In this document: positions 1-9,215 of the stretch, one piece after another
Layout of the letters: every line of letters begins with the position of its first letter
How positions within the stretch are numbered: position 1 is the stretch's first letter
IMG/VR virus record: IMGVR_UViG_3300010412_000013
Coordinates: 1 to 60,506 of that record
Source of the DNA: a virus
Lineage: Duplodnaviria > Caudoviricetes
Length of the DNA: 60,506 nucleotides
Reading direction: 5' to 3' (one strand)
Notes under the pieces: model-generated
Databases searched by the model: none
What the model saw: the letters and a program-made list of their open reading frames with translations, nothing else
Told to the model about the DNA's origin: nothing
Made by a program: the position numbers and the translations under genes

Positions 1-1416
1 AAGGATTTCGACACCACCAAAAAAATCCAGAAGTTGCTTGATACCAAGGTCACCATCTTTGAGAAATACGATGGAACCAAATTGACTCTGGTACGCAATG
101 ATGCCAAATGGTCTCCAAACTATGAAGATAACTGGATTGTGGCATTTAAAGGGAACATTCTGTACCCAGAAGAATTTGGTGGAATCAAGGCAACCAACCA
201 GATTGTCAAGAGTTCTATTGGAACGAGCCAGTATGCGCTTATTCACAAACACCTGAAAAAAGTTCATTCAAAGACAAAGGACATACCGACCAATACCGAG
301 TTCTTTATTGAATACCTGATGAACAAACCCACTCTCACAAGAGACTATACCCACAAGCATGGAATGATTTTGTTGGCTTGGTCACCTACCCGATTCAGTG
401 TGACCAACGGAAAATTGAAGACCGTATCGAGCCAGTTCAATGTAAAGAACAGGGAAAAATTTGCCAAGGAGCTTGGTCTGAATGTTCCAAGGGTTCTCTA
501 TGACAAGAAGCCACTTGGCGGTTTTGTGACAGGGAGTTTCGATACACCTGAACAGAAGCTGCTTGCCATCAAGGAAAAATTGCTTGCTATAGATTCGGAA
601 TTCGGTGGCAAGACAGAAGGCGTTGTTATCCAGTTGCTTCCAAATGGTGGCATATACAAGTTCCTACAGAATGACCAACATGACGATTTGGTCAGGTCAG
701 ACAAGAAAAGCCGCTATAAGATGTCACAGGAAGAAGAGTCCAAATACTATGAGTCTATCAGGAAAATAGTTGAGCCTATGGTCGACAAGGTTGACAAGAA
801 AGACCTGAAGACATCGTTGGGTATCCTGTCTCATGAAATCTATAGCATGAAGAACCTTCCAAAGCATGACAAGAAAGAGCCAATCAATGTTCAGGATGAC
901 ATGTTCCTGACTGCCAAGACATCGCTGATAAAGCGAATGGAAGGCAACAATGGTGCATTGTTTAGTGGAAGGTTCTCGCCTCCCACAAAGGCACACATTG
1001 CCATCATCGAAGACGCATTGAAAAAATACGATACTGTCACACTAAATATCGTCAAGTCAGGAAAACTGGATGAAAAGAATCCTTTCCCTTATGACCTGCA
1101 AGAGAAGATATGGAGAAGCGTTTTCCCAAAGCTGACCATCCAGTCAACGAATACAGGAAACCTGATAACCGCACTGAAAAAGGCAGAAAACAATATCAAT
1201 GTGGTTCTCACAGGAACCGACAGGCTTAATGAGTATAAATCCCAATTGGCTGCCAATCCTGATATCAAGGTGGTTGAAATCAAGAGAACCACCGAAGACA
1301 TATCAGCAACCAAGGCAAGGAATGCCATCAAGAATAACAACAGAGCCGAGTTTGAAAAGAATATGGATAGACGCACATGGAAATTCTATGACGAACTGAA
1401 AAAATATGTAGGATGA
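1..1416 (+). CDS. Ligase-superfamily nucleotidyltransferase domain fused to C-terminal HxGH-type (cytidylyl/NMN adenylyl-transferase-like) domain; 5'-truncated
   Basis: Frame is open from base 1 (KDFDTTKKIQKLLD...). EKYDG = KxDG motif I and EGVV = motif IV of ligases. C-terminal GRFSPPTKAH, KNPF and DISATKAR match the T4-like phage cytidyltransferase family. Confidence 0.7.
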   Translation, partial: KDFDTTKKIQKLLDTKVTIFEKYDGTKLTLVRNDAKWSPNYEDNWIVAFKGNILYPEEFGGIKATNQIVKSSIGTSQYALIHKHLKKVHSKTKDIPTNTEFFIEYLMNKPTLTRDYTHKHGMILLAWSPTRFSVTNGKLKTVSSQFNVKNREKFAKELGLNVPRVLYDKKPLGGFVTGSFDTPEQKLLAIKEKLLAIDSEFGGKTEGVVIQLLPNGGIYKFLQNDQHDDLVRSDKKSRYKMSQEEESKYYESIRKIVEPMVDKVDKKDLKTSLGILSHEIYSMKNLPKHDKKEPINVQDDMFLTAKTSLIKRMEGNNGALFSGRFSPPTKAHIAIIEDALKKYDTVTLNIVKSGKLDEKNPFPYDLQEKIWRSVFPKLTIQSTNTGNLITALKKAENNINVVLTGTDRLNEYKSQLAANPDIKVVEIKRTTEDISATKARNAIKNNNRAEFEKNMDRRTWKFYDELKKYVG

Positions 1417-1419
1417 TTT

Positions 1420-2310
1420 ATGAAAAAGTTATTTGATATACAAAAAGAGTCCATGAGCCACAAGAGAGGAAAGTCGGTTGTGTTTACTTTCGGTTCATTC
1501 AACCCCATTACTCGCAGTGATGCTTTTATTATTGAGGCTGTCTTGGAAAAAGCCAAACAAGACAAGATGGATACTTTCATATTCACCGAGAGAAAGCAGG
1601 ATGCTATTGACAATCCACTATCGTTTGAGAAGAAGGTTGGTCTGATGGAACAGGCATATCCCAATGTATATGTCAACAAGAACAGGGCTATAAGAACTGT
1701 TGTTGAGTCAGTCGCATATCTCGAAAATAATAAATACCAACATATACATTTCATTGTGCCATCCGATAGTGCAAAAAACATTCCAATCATGTTGGAGAAG
1801 TTTGATATATCGTACACAATTCAAGAATTTAATGGAGACGAGGGGGATAGGGATTCCATTAGGGAAGCGGTTTTCAACAGGGATGTTACCCTATTAGAAA
1901 AACATCTTCCTTCAAGACTCAGGGAAGATGCTGACAATATCATGAAGTCTTTGACCAATGGTTACAAGATATATTTGAGTGAAAGCGAAAGAACACCACT
2001 TCTTGATATTTCCATTGCAAGGGGTGACATCGTTCAAGCCAAGAATTCTGACATTCTTGAGGTGTTGGCAATATCAGGTAATCATGTAATATGTGAATCT
2101 GTCTTGACCGGAACTATTGATACTCACAGGATATCTTCTGTTGACAAGGTTCCATTAAGGGAGAGGCTTATTCAGAAAGATGGTGAATGGGCACTGGTAT
2201 CCAAGACCACCGGAAGGGTATTGCGTAAGTATGGAAAGAACAAACCGAGCGATGATGTCGTCACACAAGATGAAAAAGAAATTCAATTTTTTAAACACAT
2301 AAACAAGTAG
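1420..2310 (+). CDS. Degenerate cytidyltransferase-like protein with C-terminal extra domains
   Basis: TFGSFNPITRSD (HxGH histidine lost) and DNPLSFEKKV resemble the same family; MKKLFD..KE leader. Confidence 0.55.
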   Translation: MKKLFDIQKESMSHKRGKSVVFTFGSFNPITRSDAFIIEAVLEKAKQDKMDTFIFTERKQDAIDNPLSFEKKVGLMEQAYPNVYVNKNRAIRTVVESVAYLENNKYQHIHFIVPSDSAKNIPIMLEKFDISYTIQEFNGDEGDRDSIREAVFNRDVTLLEKHLPSRLREDADNIMKSLTNGYKIYLSESERTPLLDISIARGDIVQAKNSDILEVLAISGNHVICESVLTGTIDTHRISSVDKVPLRERLIQKDGEWALVSKTTGRVLRKYGKNKPSDDVVTQDEKEIQFFKHINK

Positions 2311-2319
2311 GAACAAAAA

Positions 2320-2646
2320 ATGGGATGGCACGAACAAAACATAGATTCTGACTTAATTTCTTCAGTGCAAGGAATATTGGCAGAAAAAATTCAAATTGCA
2401 TTTAATGTTGTGGATACCATCAAATACATAGACGGAAATAAATATAAATCACTATCATTTAAGGATGATTCAATCGTCAGAAAATCTGGTGCTAAAATGG
2501 ATTTATCAACTCTCACAAAAGTGAACCCAACCAAGGTCGAAACTACAAAAAATGGAGAAATAGTTACATTCTCCGATGGGTCATCAATCAAATTAACAAA
2601 ATCATCATTTGGTTTTTATGAACTTGAACCAATAAGGAGCAAATAA
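2320..2646 (+). CDS. Hypothetical protein with WH-type leader (putative internal head protein)
   Basis: MGWHEQNID...ILAE N-terminus shared with ORFs at 2648, 7206 and 10434. Confidence 0.5.
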   Translation: MGWHEQNIDSDLISSVQGILAEKIQIAFNVVDTIKYIDGNKYKSLSFKDDSIVRKSGAKMDLSTLTKVNPTKVETTKNGEIVTFSDGSSIKLTKSSFGFYELEPIRSK

Positions 2647-2647
2647 A

Positions 2648-3376
2648 ATGGGATGGCATGATTTACAAATAGATAATTCGCTTATTGAAACCATAGTGAA
2701 TCTGATGGAAGCGGGTGGTTCAGGAATGTTCATGGTTCATAAGACACCACTGGACAAAGCAAAGGCAATGGCACAGAAAGTTCTTGGAGACAAGTTCGAT
2801 GAAATATTTCCAGACTTTGATAGCAGATATGAAAGTCTTGCATCATCTATCAAGAAATACTCTAAGGGCATTAAGAGAATTGATATGCCTGTCATCAATG
2901 CTGACCAGATTGCCAAATTTGATGATGACCTGAAGAAAGGAAGGGTTGACCTGTTTGCCCCATTCGCCAAAGGGAAATATGTAACACCAGACCACTTGGA
3001 TGATATCAATGCAGGTGAAGCATGGATTGAACTTGGTCTGAAAGATGGCAACAAGAACGATGATGTCGTAAAAGGAAAGTTGACAAAACTGCAAGCCGAC
3101 AAACTGAAGCCAATCCAGACAGAAATCCACTTTGATAAAATAACAGAGACCGCCAAGAAGTTTGGCAAGATGACCGATGGTTCTCCACCCACCAAGCTGA
3201 CGATTATTGTATCTGCCGACAACTATATCATCGATGGACACCACCGTTGGGGTCTTGCATTAATGACAAACCCTACCGTGAAACTACAGGCACTTGTTGT
3301 TCCATTGAAAATCGACAAGCTGCTTGAACTTACCCGTAACTATGGTGATGCCATAGGAAATGAACGTAACGCATAA
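2648..3376 (+). CDS. ParB/Srx-like domain protein with WH-type leader
   Basis: LKPIQ...IIVSADNYIIDGHHRW is the ParB-N/sulfiredoxin signature. Confidence 0.7.
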   Translation: MGWHDLQIDNSLIETIVNLMEAGGSGMFMVHKTPLDKAKAMAQKVLGDKFDEIFPDFDSRYESLASSIKKYSKGIKRIDMPVINADQIAKFDDDLKKGRVDLFAPFAKGKYVTPDHLDDINAGEAWIELGLKDGNKNDDVVKGKLTKLQADKLKPIQTEIHFDKITETAKKFGKMTDGSPPTKLTIIVSADNYIIDGHHRWGLALMTNPTVKLQALVVPLKIDKLLELTRNYGDAIGNERNA

Positions 3377-3386
3377 GAGAATAGCC

Positions 3387-3632
3387 ATGAATACACCAAG
3401 AGAATTTACACCACCAAAATTTTGTCCAGATGCTGTTGCATCAAACGCCGGTTGGTTGAACCCAAGGGATAATAGTCTAATTGTTCCCAATCGCGGATTG
3501 GCTACAAGGATGGCTGAATGGAAAGCCAGACAAAAGCAGGAAAAGGAACCTGAAGTTATAAATACCGTTGAGCAGGTTGTGGATGAACCAAAACCAAAAA
3601 GACAACCAAGAAAAACCAAAAAGAACTCTTAA
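3387..3632 (+). CDS. Small hypothetical protein
   Basis: Tightly packed ORF; P-x-F-x-P-DA...GWLNP motif recalled from T4-like small proteins; basic tail. Confidence 0.5.
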   Translation: MNTPREFTPPKFCPDAVASNAGWLNPRDNSLIVPNRGLATRMAEWKARQKQEKEPEVINTVEQVVDEPKPKRQPRKTKKNS

Positions 3633-3644
3633 GGAGAGTTGAAA

Positions 3645-3917
3645 ATGTTGCACATCACAGAATTACTGAGACTGAAATCCGGATACGAGAATGCCATTGC
3701 GAAAGGAAGAGGCAACTCAGCTATGGAAGAGAAACTGGATAAGGTTCTTGCGCTTATCGAAAAGCACGACAAGATTGTAGCCGAAAAAAAAGCCAAGAAA
3801 AATCGTGTTGCTGAAGCACCTTCTGAAGAATCCTTCGTCGTTGAATCTGCCGAAGAATCTGAAGTTGAAGCCTCGGATTCTCCAAAGCCAAAGAAGACAA
3901 GTAAGAAGAAAGACTGA
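3645..3917 (+). CDS. Hypothetical charged protein
   Basis: AAGGAG RBS upstream; stop overlaps next start (TGATG). Confidence 0.55.
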   Translation: MLHITELLRLKSGYENAIAKGRGNSAMEEKLDKVLALIEKHDKIVAEKKAKKNRVAEAPSEESFVVESAEESEVEASDSPKPKKTSKKKD

Positions 3918-4333
3918 TGATTCGTTTTGGTGAATTCAGGGAATCCTTGCTGTCTGAGGAAAACGACCCATTTATTACCCAACAGGATTTGATAAATCTT
4001 GAGAAGATGCTCGACAATTTGTATAGCAAGTTGGGTATAGATGTTGAATTCACCAAACACTTCCTTGATAGGGTCAACGACATTCGTAACGTGACCCAAA
4101 TCAGGTTGAGTGAATTATCAAACCTCTTTAAAAAAGAGTTTCTGAAATTTGGTGATGTTTTGGCTGATATTAAGGATGGGGTTGAGGCAGTTTTGTTTGA
4201 TGTATCATCCAATATTAATATACCGTTTGTAATGAAATGGAATCCACACACAAAAGAAATGGAACTTGTGGCAAAAACTGTCATGAGAAAGAAAAATTTC
4301 TTGACACAAAATAAACGCTATACAGTAAGATAA
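3917..4333 (+). CDS. Conserved phage protein, possible BECR/RelE-like RNase fold, with capsid-targeting-like leader
   Basis: MIRFGEF..LLSE leader; VEFTKHFLDRVNDxRN and terminal VAKTVMRKKNF resemble BECR-fold proteins. Confidence 0.4.
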   Translation: MIRFGEFRESLLSEENDPFITQQDLINLEKMLDNLYSKLGIDVEFTKHFLDRVNDIRNVTQIRLSELSNLFKKEFLKFGDVLADIKDGVEAVLFDVSSNINIPFVMKWNPHTKEMELVAKTVMRKKNFLTQNKRYTVR

Positions 4334-4335
4334 AT

Positions 4336-4656
4336 ATGTCAATCAACAAACAAAATTTTATAAAGGCAGCAGGGATTATCAGTGCTGTGACATCTATCTT
4401 CGGGGCAGTCTTTGTGTTTGAGGACAGGTATGCACATTCACAGGAAATGGATGTAAAATTAAAACACCAAGACGAGAAAATACAATTTTTACAAGAGCAT
4501 CTTCAGACAACACAAATAAAGATACTTGAGTATCTGAAGGCACAGGCAATAACCAGAAAGACGGTTCTGGAAATGAAAGAAGATTCCGGCAGTTTGACTT
4601 CCGATGAAAGGGTCGAATTGAGGAACTTGAGAGACACACTTAAAAACTTACAATAA
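4336..4656 (+). CDS. Membrane-anchored coiled-coil protein
   Basis: Single N-terminal hydrophobic helix (AAGIISAVTSIFGAVFVF) followed by heptad-rich region. Confidence 0.5.
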   Translation: MSINKQNFIKAAGIISAVTSIFGAVFVFEDRYAHSQEMDVKLKHQDEKIQFLQEHLQTTQIKILEYLKAQAITRKTVLEMKEDSGSLTSDERVELRNLRDTLKNLQ

Positions 4657-4670
4657 GGCTGGATACGGCA

Positions 4671-7196
4671 ATGAGCAAAAAAACATTCTTTGACTTCGAT
4701 AATAACCTGACAGAAAATTACAGGCTGAAGAACATGTTCGGTGGTCTGAACATGGGTTCTCAGGCGGTTGATGACGGAAACTCTGACCACTTCTATATTG
4801 GTTGGGCAAATGAACTGAGAAGGTTGAATGCATTTATTGGTGCAATTGCCCGTGGTCGTTATATTGACCCCGATTCTGTTATTGCCAACCTTCGCACAAA
4901 ACTGTTTGTTATGGGGATAGTATTTGACCCAGTATCCATTGGTGACCAAGAAGAAGGTCAACACTTCCTACCATTAAGGCAATATGAAGGCATCCGCAGG
5001 AATACTGAAACCGGCGATATTGAAGAAGTGAACTACCTTGATGAAGCATTCCCTAATGGTGTTTATTTGCACCTAAACTGGTATCCCGACGAAACCGGAA
5101 TGACCAAGTTGTCCGGTAAGATTATTACTGGTGAAGAGCTTGACAGGATGGCACAAGACGACGAAGAGCTTGCTGCTGCCCTTTCTGAAAGCATGATTGA
5201 AGAAGAATGTGGTTGTGATGATGATGAAGAAGAAGACGGTATGGAAGATGATATGGAAGACGGAATGGAAGATGATGATGACCTGACAGAATCCGCATTA
5301 AGTGTTTACAGAGCAATCGACAATCACCCAAAGAAGAAAATCAGCGAACTGCCAAAAGAACAACAAGCAAAGGCGGCTACACTGGTTAAACAAATGAAAG
5401 ACAACCAGAAGTCTGGCGACCCAGAAAAGACCGTTGTTGCCTATCAGAACGACAAGGGTAAGATTGGTGTATACACAATCAACAGCCAACAACTGAAGAA
5501 CATGCTTTTGAGCAAGTCTGGATTCGTGTTGACTGAAGACGTTATTAACGAATCATTCAAACTCAAGCAAAAGGTTGTTGATAAAAAGACTGGTGATACT
5601 GGTGTTATTGCTGAAGTTGGTAAAGGAAAACTGAAAGGCGTATATTTGATTGTTTGGGATAATAGCAAGAAAGGCGTATCAAGTCGAAATGAAGATGAAA
5701 TAAAAGCTGATGGCAGTATTAAAGAAGGATTGACATCATTCTCAATGTTCAATGAAGCCCAGAAAACTGGTGGCGATAAGGCTTACCAAGAATTCTTGGC
5801 TAAGAAATTGAAATCTATGGGATATGAAACCATCAAGGATATTCCCGATGATGAAAAGGATGACTTCTTCAATTCTGTTGATAAGGAATGGAAAGCCGAT
5901 GATGAAGGGGATTCAATGAATGAAGCCGTGATGTTCAAGAGCCTTGGTTCTGATGAATACGACATTATCAGCAAAGGGAAATCTGTTGGAAGAATTCGTA
6001 AAAAGACCGGCAGCTTTGAAGCCGACTATATGATTGGTAAGCAAAGGATGATTCATCACACAGGTTCAGGTTCTTCGCTGAAAACCGTAGATGATTTGAA
6101 AAAAGTCGTAACAAAGAATCTGGTCAAAAACCTGACCGAAGCTGCCGTTTCAGCAAACCCAATTTCATTCAAAGTCAAGAAAAAACTTGATAATCTTGGT
6201 AGTGTTACTAAAATTGATATCAAGGCAAATAAAGTGACCATGATTGGTTGGGATAAGCCAGAGAGCCTTTCGGTTGCTGTTGGAGTAACTCCAAAGTCAG
6301 TAGAAATTTTGACCAAGGGAACCAAGAAGATTCAACGTGCTGTCTATGCAGACGGTTCTGTTCTTGAAGTTTCTGTTGGTGCAGACCCACTGATGAGTAA
6401 AACTGTTGGTGTTGGTGTTGATGATGATTGGGTTGGAATCAAAGCCATGGCACCCATGAAAGAAGAAGTGGGTGACAAGGAAGAATACCAGAAGAAGGTT
6501 AAAAAGGCACTGAAAGATGCCGGATATGATTCCATCAAGGATATTCCTGATGATGAAAAGGATGACTTCTTCAACAAGCTGGATTCAATGCACGTTTCCG
6601 ATGATGAAGAAGCCGGAATCTCTGAAGGATTTAAACCAAGCCTTGCTTCGAGTGGAGACGAAACTGACATACTCGTCAATGGAAAGAAGATTGGAAAAAT
6701 CCACAAACTTCCTGATGGAAGATATGAAGCAGTTTACAAAATGAATGGCGTTGAATTGAAGCAACACACAGGAACCGGAGCATTGTCACTGAAGACAGTA
6801 AATGACCTGAAGAAATTTGTGATGAACAACATTCAAAAAAATATGAATGAAGAAACCGAAGGCACAGAAAGAAGCCTGATGGATTTGCTTGCAGAAGCAT
6901 CACAGGTTGAAGCGTCTGTCTGGAAAGACATTGAAAAATTGTCAAAGATGACCGACAGAAATGATAAGACCGGTGCAGCAATACATGGTGCAAAAACACT
7001 GATGAAACAGGCATCACCAGAGCAAGTAAAGGAATTGAAGCGCCTACAAGGTCGTTTTGAACACTATCATGGAATGGAAAATGGAATGAATGGTATGCAA
7101 TCAAAGGATTTCCAAGGATTGGTTACTATATTGTGGCAAAAAGCGAAAGAAGTTCTTCCAGACAAATTGGCAAAAGCATTCAAGGATGCATTCTAA
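4671..7196 (+). CDS. 841-aa modular acidic protein, putative prohead-protease-processed internal head polyprotein
   Basis: Two duplicated internal modules; many (L/I/M)xE sites at module junctions; acidic EDGMED tract. Confidence 0.5.
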   Translation: MSKKTFFDFDNNLTENYRLKNMFGGLNMGSQAVDDGNSDHFYIGWANELRRLNAFIGAIARGRYIDPDSVIANLRTKLFVMGIVFDPVSIGDQEEGQHFLPLRQYEGIRRNTETGDIEEVNYLDEAFPNGVYLHLNWYPDETGMTKLSGKIITGEELDRMAQDDEELAAALSESMIEEECGCDDDEEEDGMEDDMEDGMEDDDDLTESALSVYRAIDNHPKKKISELPKEQQAKAATLVKQMKDNQKSGDPEKTVVAYQNDKGKIGVYTINSQQLKNMLLSKSGFVLTEDVINESFKLKQKVVDKKTGDTGVIAEVGKGKLKGVYLIVWDNSKKGVSSRNEDEIKADGSIKEGLTSFSMFNEAQKTGGDKAYQEFLAKKLKSMGYETIKDIPDDEKDDFFNSVDKEWKADDEGDSMNEAVMFKSLGSDEYDIISKGKSVGRIRKKTGSFEADYMIGKQRMIHHTGSGSSLKTVDDLKKVVTKNLVKNLTEAAVSANPISFKVKKKLDNLGSVTKIDIKANKVTMIGWDKPESLSVAVGVTPKSVEILTKGTKKIQRAVYADGSVLEVSVGADPLMSKTVGVGVDDDWVGIKAMAPMKEEVGDKEEYQKKVKKALKDAGYDSIKDIPDDEKDDFFNKLDSMHVSDDEEAGISEGFKPSLASSGDETDILVNGKKIGKIHKLPDGRYEAVYKMNGVELKQHTGTGALSLKTVNDLKKFVMNNIQKNMNEETEGTERSLMDLLAEASQVEASVWKDIEKLSKMTDRNDKTGAAIHGAKTLMKQASPEQVKELKRLQGRFEHYHGMENGMNGMQSKDFQGLVTILWQKAKEVLPDKLAKAFKDAF
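5830..6574 (+). repeat. Internal direct repeat (43 bp, 1 mismatch; 5830-5872 and 6532-6574) encoding IKDIPDDEKDDFFN
   Basis: ccatcaaggatattcc(c/t)gatgatgaaaaggatgacttcttcaa seen twice, 702 bp apart. Confidence 0.9.
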
Positions 7197-7205
7197 GGAG
7201 CAAAT

Positions 7206-7643
7206 ATGTCAAATAGTTGGCACCAAAATGATATAGATAAAGACCTGCTTTCCACCATTGAAAACGTGATGGAGAGCAAGGATTCTGTATCAGCACAAAG
7301 ATACAAGGAAGACCAGTTGTCGGATTCCAAGTTCGCTCAGTTGCTCGTAGATGCTGTTAAGAAGAACATCAAGTCATTGAAAATGGATAAGACCAATATT
7401 TCAATTGACCTGAATCGCATTAAAGTATCTGAACTGAATGACTTTGTATCCGGTAAACTTGACTCAAAGAAAATAAATACATATGCCTATATGGTTGCTG
7501 ATAAAGTGACTAGGGGAGAGGGTATTAGTGACAGGCACAAGATGTTAAGGGATTCGTTGTCTACTGATATATTCACGAAACTTGTTGGAACACCAGTGAT
7601 GAATCTTGTAGTGCAGGAAGCAAAACGTAGAAATATAATTTAA
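7206..7643 (+). CDS. Hypothetical protein with WH-type leader
   Basis: AAGGAG RBS; MSNSWHQNDID...VMES. Confidence 0.55.
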   Translation: MSNSWHQNDIDKDLLSTIENVMESKDSVSAQRYKEDQLSDSKFAQLLVDAVKKNIKSLKMDKTNISIDLNRIKVSELNDFVSGKLDSKKINTYAYMVADKVTRGEGISDRHKMLRDSLSTDIFTKLVGTPVMNLVVQEAKRRNII

Positions 7644-7657
7644 CCAAAATACATACT

Positions 7658-8038
7658 ATGGAATTTGACGTGCTAACTGAACAAAACTTTACCATGTTTG
7701 CCATAAGGCACTATGACAATCCCCACTGCTATAGTGAGGATGAATTCAATGAAGACATATTCCGATTTGTTGCCTTGAAGAGGCTTCTAATCAAATATGT
7801 GAATACAGGTGAACTAAAAGAACGCCTGATATTGAATCACCTGACGATTCTTTATAATGTATTTGGCGAATCAACAACAAGGATGTTGCTCTACAAACTC
7901 CCCGAAAAGACATATCCATCATTAAAAACTTTTCTTGTGTTTATCAATAGGTTACATCAAAGCCCCACCAAACACGAAATTCCCTTACTGAATATTCCTA
8001 TTGATATAAATATAACCAAGAGATTACGAGAAATTTGA
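7658..8038 (+). CDS. Conserved T4-like phage hypothetical protein
   Basis: HYDNPxC...EFxED...GELKERLILNH..LYNVFG, recalled from cyanomyovirus core genes upstream of primase. Confidence 0.7.
   Translation: MEFDVLTEQNFTMFAIRHYDNPHCYSEDEFNEDIFRFVALKRLLIKYVNTGELKERLILNHLTILYNVFGESTTRMLLYKLPEKTYPSLKTFLVFINRLHQSPTKHEIPLLNIPIDINITKRLREI
8005..8012 (+). promoter_or_regulatory. T4-type late promoter TATAAATA
   Basis: Exact gp55 consensus, 36 nt before the ATG at 8048. Confidence 0.65.
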
Positions 8039-8047
8039 TGGTTATCC

Positions 8048-8623
8048 ATGTCAACAATTATTGATACATTCATTGCATTCAGGATACTGAAATTGCTTGC
8101 TTCCAAATGGGAGGAAACTGACGCATTCAAGTTGGGCATTATTGATGCGAAGGGAAATTTCCTGAAGAAGACAGGCGACCTCACCAATGCAGAAGAGCGC
8201 AAGGCATTTACAAAATTCCACGTTCTCGTCTTTAACCTGAAGAAGCTGATAGAAAAACTTCCATTTGGTTCTATGCGATTGGCATCCCTTGCAACCGCAT
8301 TGTATTTGTTGAAAGAGGAAGTGGGCGACACAGGAAAGGATGTTGAGTCACTCATATGGAATTTCATCAAGGATAATGGATACAAGCCAAACAATCTGCA
8401 TGAACACTTTTGCCTAGTTGAGACCATTGACAAGGGCGAGTATATCGTTATCAGGGATATCATTACCGATGATGGAGCATTGTTCAAGAAGGGCGAGAAG
8501 ATTATTGTGTCCAATCCAAAACCTATTGACAAGGTTCTTGGCAATGAAGTATTCACCGGAAAATCAAAAAAGAATAAACAGACTGTCATCTTTGTAGCAA
8601 AAGATGTGGAGAAAGTAAAATGA
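8048..8623 (+). CDS. Conserved T4-like phage hypothetical protein
   Basis: FRILKLL...W...AFKLGIIDxKG...NLKKLIEK...LYLLKE pattern typical of this T4-like cluster. Confidence 0.65.
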   Translation: MSTIIDTFIAFRILKLLASKWEETDAFKLGIIDAKGNFLKKTGDLTNAEERKAFTKFHVLVFNLKKLIEKLPFGSMRLASLATALYLLKEEVGDTGKDVESLIWNFIKDNGYKPNNLHEHFCLVETIDKGEYIVIRDIITDDGALFKKGEKIIVSNPKPIDKVLGNEVFTGKSKKNKQTVIFVAKDVEKVK

Positions 8624-8964
8624 CTATTGAACTGACATTCAAACAATTCATGAAATTGAATGAAGAACCCGTTTCCTCTGCCGCATCCAATGTCACTGGT
8701 GGTGGTGAAGTTGGTGGAACGGATACCATGGCTGCACCGACAGTTCCAATGCACATGTTTGCAAACTGTGCCGTGTTCGATGTCTGCAAAGACCGATACC
8801 ACAAATGTATACAGGGAAAGAAGCAATATGATAAATACGAGAACTATGTAGGAAACGATGAAATTGGTGAGGCTATTCGCCAATATGGTCGCAAGTATCC
8901 CAACAAAAGTATCATTGTCAGAGAAAAAGACACACACGCCATGGTGTTTCTAAGGAGAAAATAA
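8620..8964 (+). CDS. Conserved phage hypothetical protein with capsid-targeting-like leader
   Basis: LTFKQFMKLNEE leader; C-terminal IRQYGRKYP...AMVFLR. Confidence 0.55.
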   Translation: MTIELTFKQFMKLNEEPVSSAASNVTGGGEVGGTDTMAAPTVPMHMFANCAVFDVCKDRYHKCIQGKKQYDKYENYVGNDEIGEAIRQYGRKYPNKSIIVREKDTHAMVFLRRK

Positions 8965-9215
8965 TGTCAAAAGAATATACTGGACAGAATGCGGGTGCAG
9001 AATCCATGCGCGACCTGATTACCTATCTGAGAGAAGGTTGTGATACCTGTGGGGGTGAAAAGAAATGCGACAAAGACTGCACATGCGATAAATGCATGAA
9101 AGCCAAGGAACAGGTTGCTGAGGCATCCGACATAGGTGACAATGAATCCGTCGGAGACACCGAAGACGAGATTGCTGCCAAGAAAGCCGCTGCTGTCGAA
9201 AACGATGGTGTGTAA
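8964..9215 (+). CDS. Small acidic Cys-rich protein
   Basis: CDTCGGEKKCDKDCTCDKC cluster; coupled TAATG junctions on both sides. Confidence 0.5.
   Translation: MSKEYTGQNAGAESMRDLITYLREGCDTCGGEKKCDKDCTCDKCMKAKEQVAEASDIGDNESVGDTEDEIAAKKAAAVENDGV

Noticed and set aside
4329-4336. GATAAATA late-promoter match
   Set aside because: Overlaps the A of the next start codon, so it cannot serve that gene; may be chance in AT-rich sequence.
7957-8937. 326-aa minus-strand ORF
   Set aside because: Antisense shadow of three recognisable plus-strand genes; no motifs.
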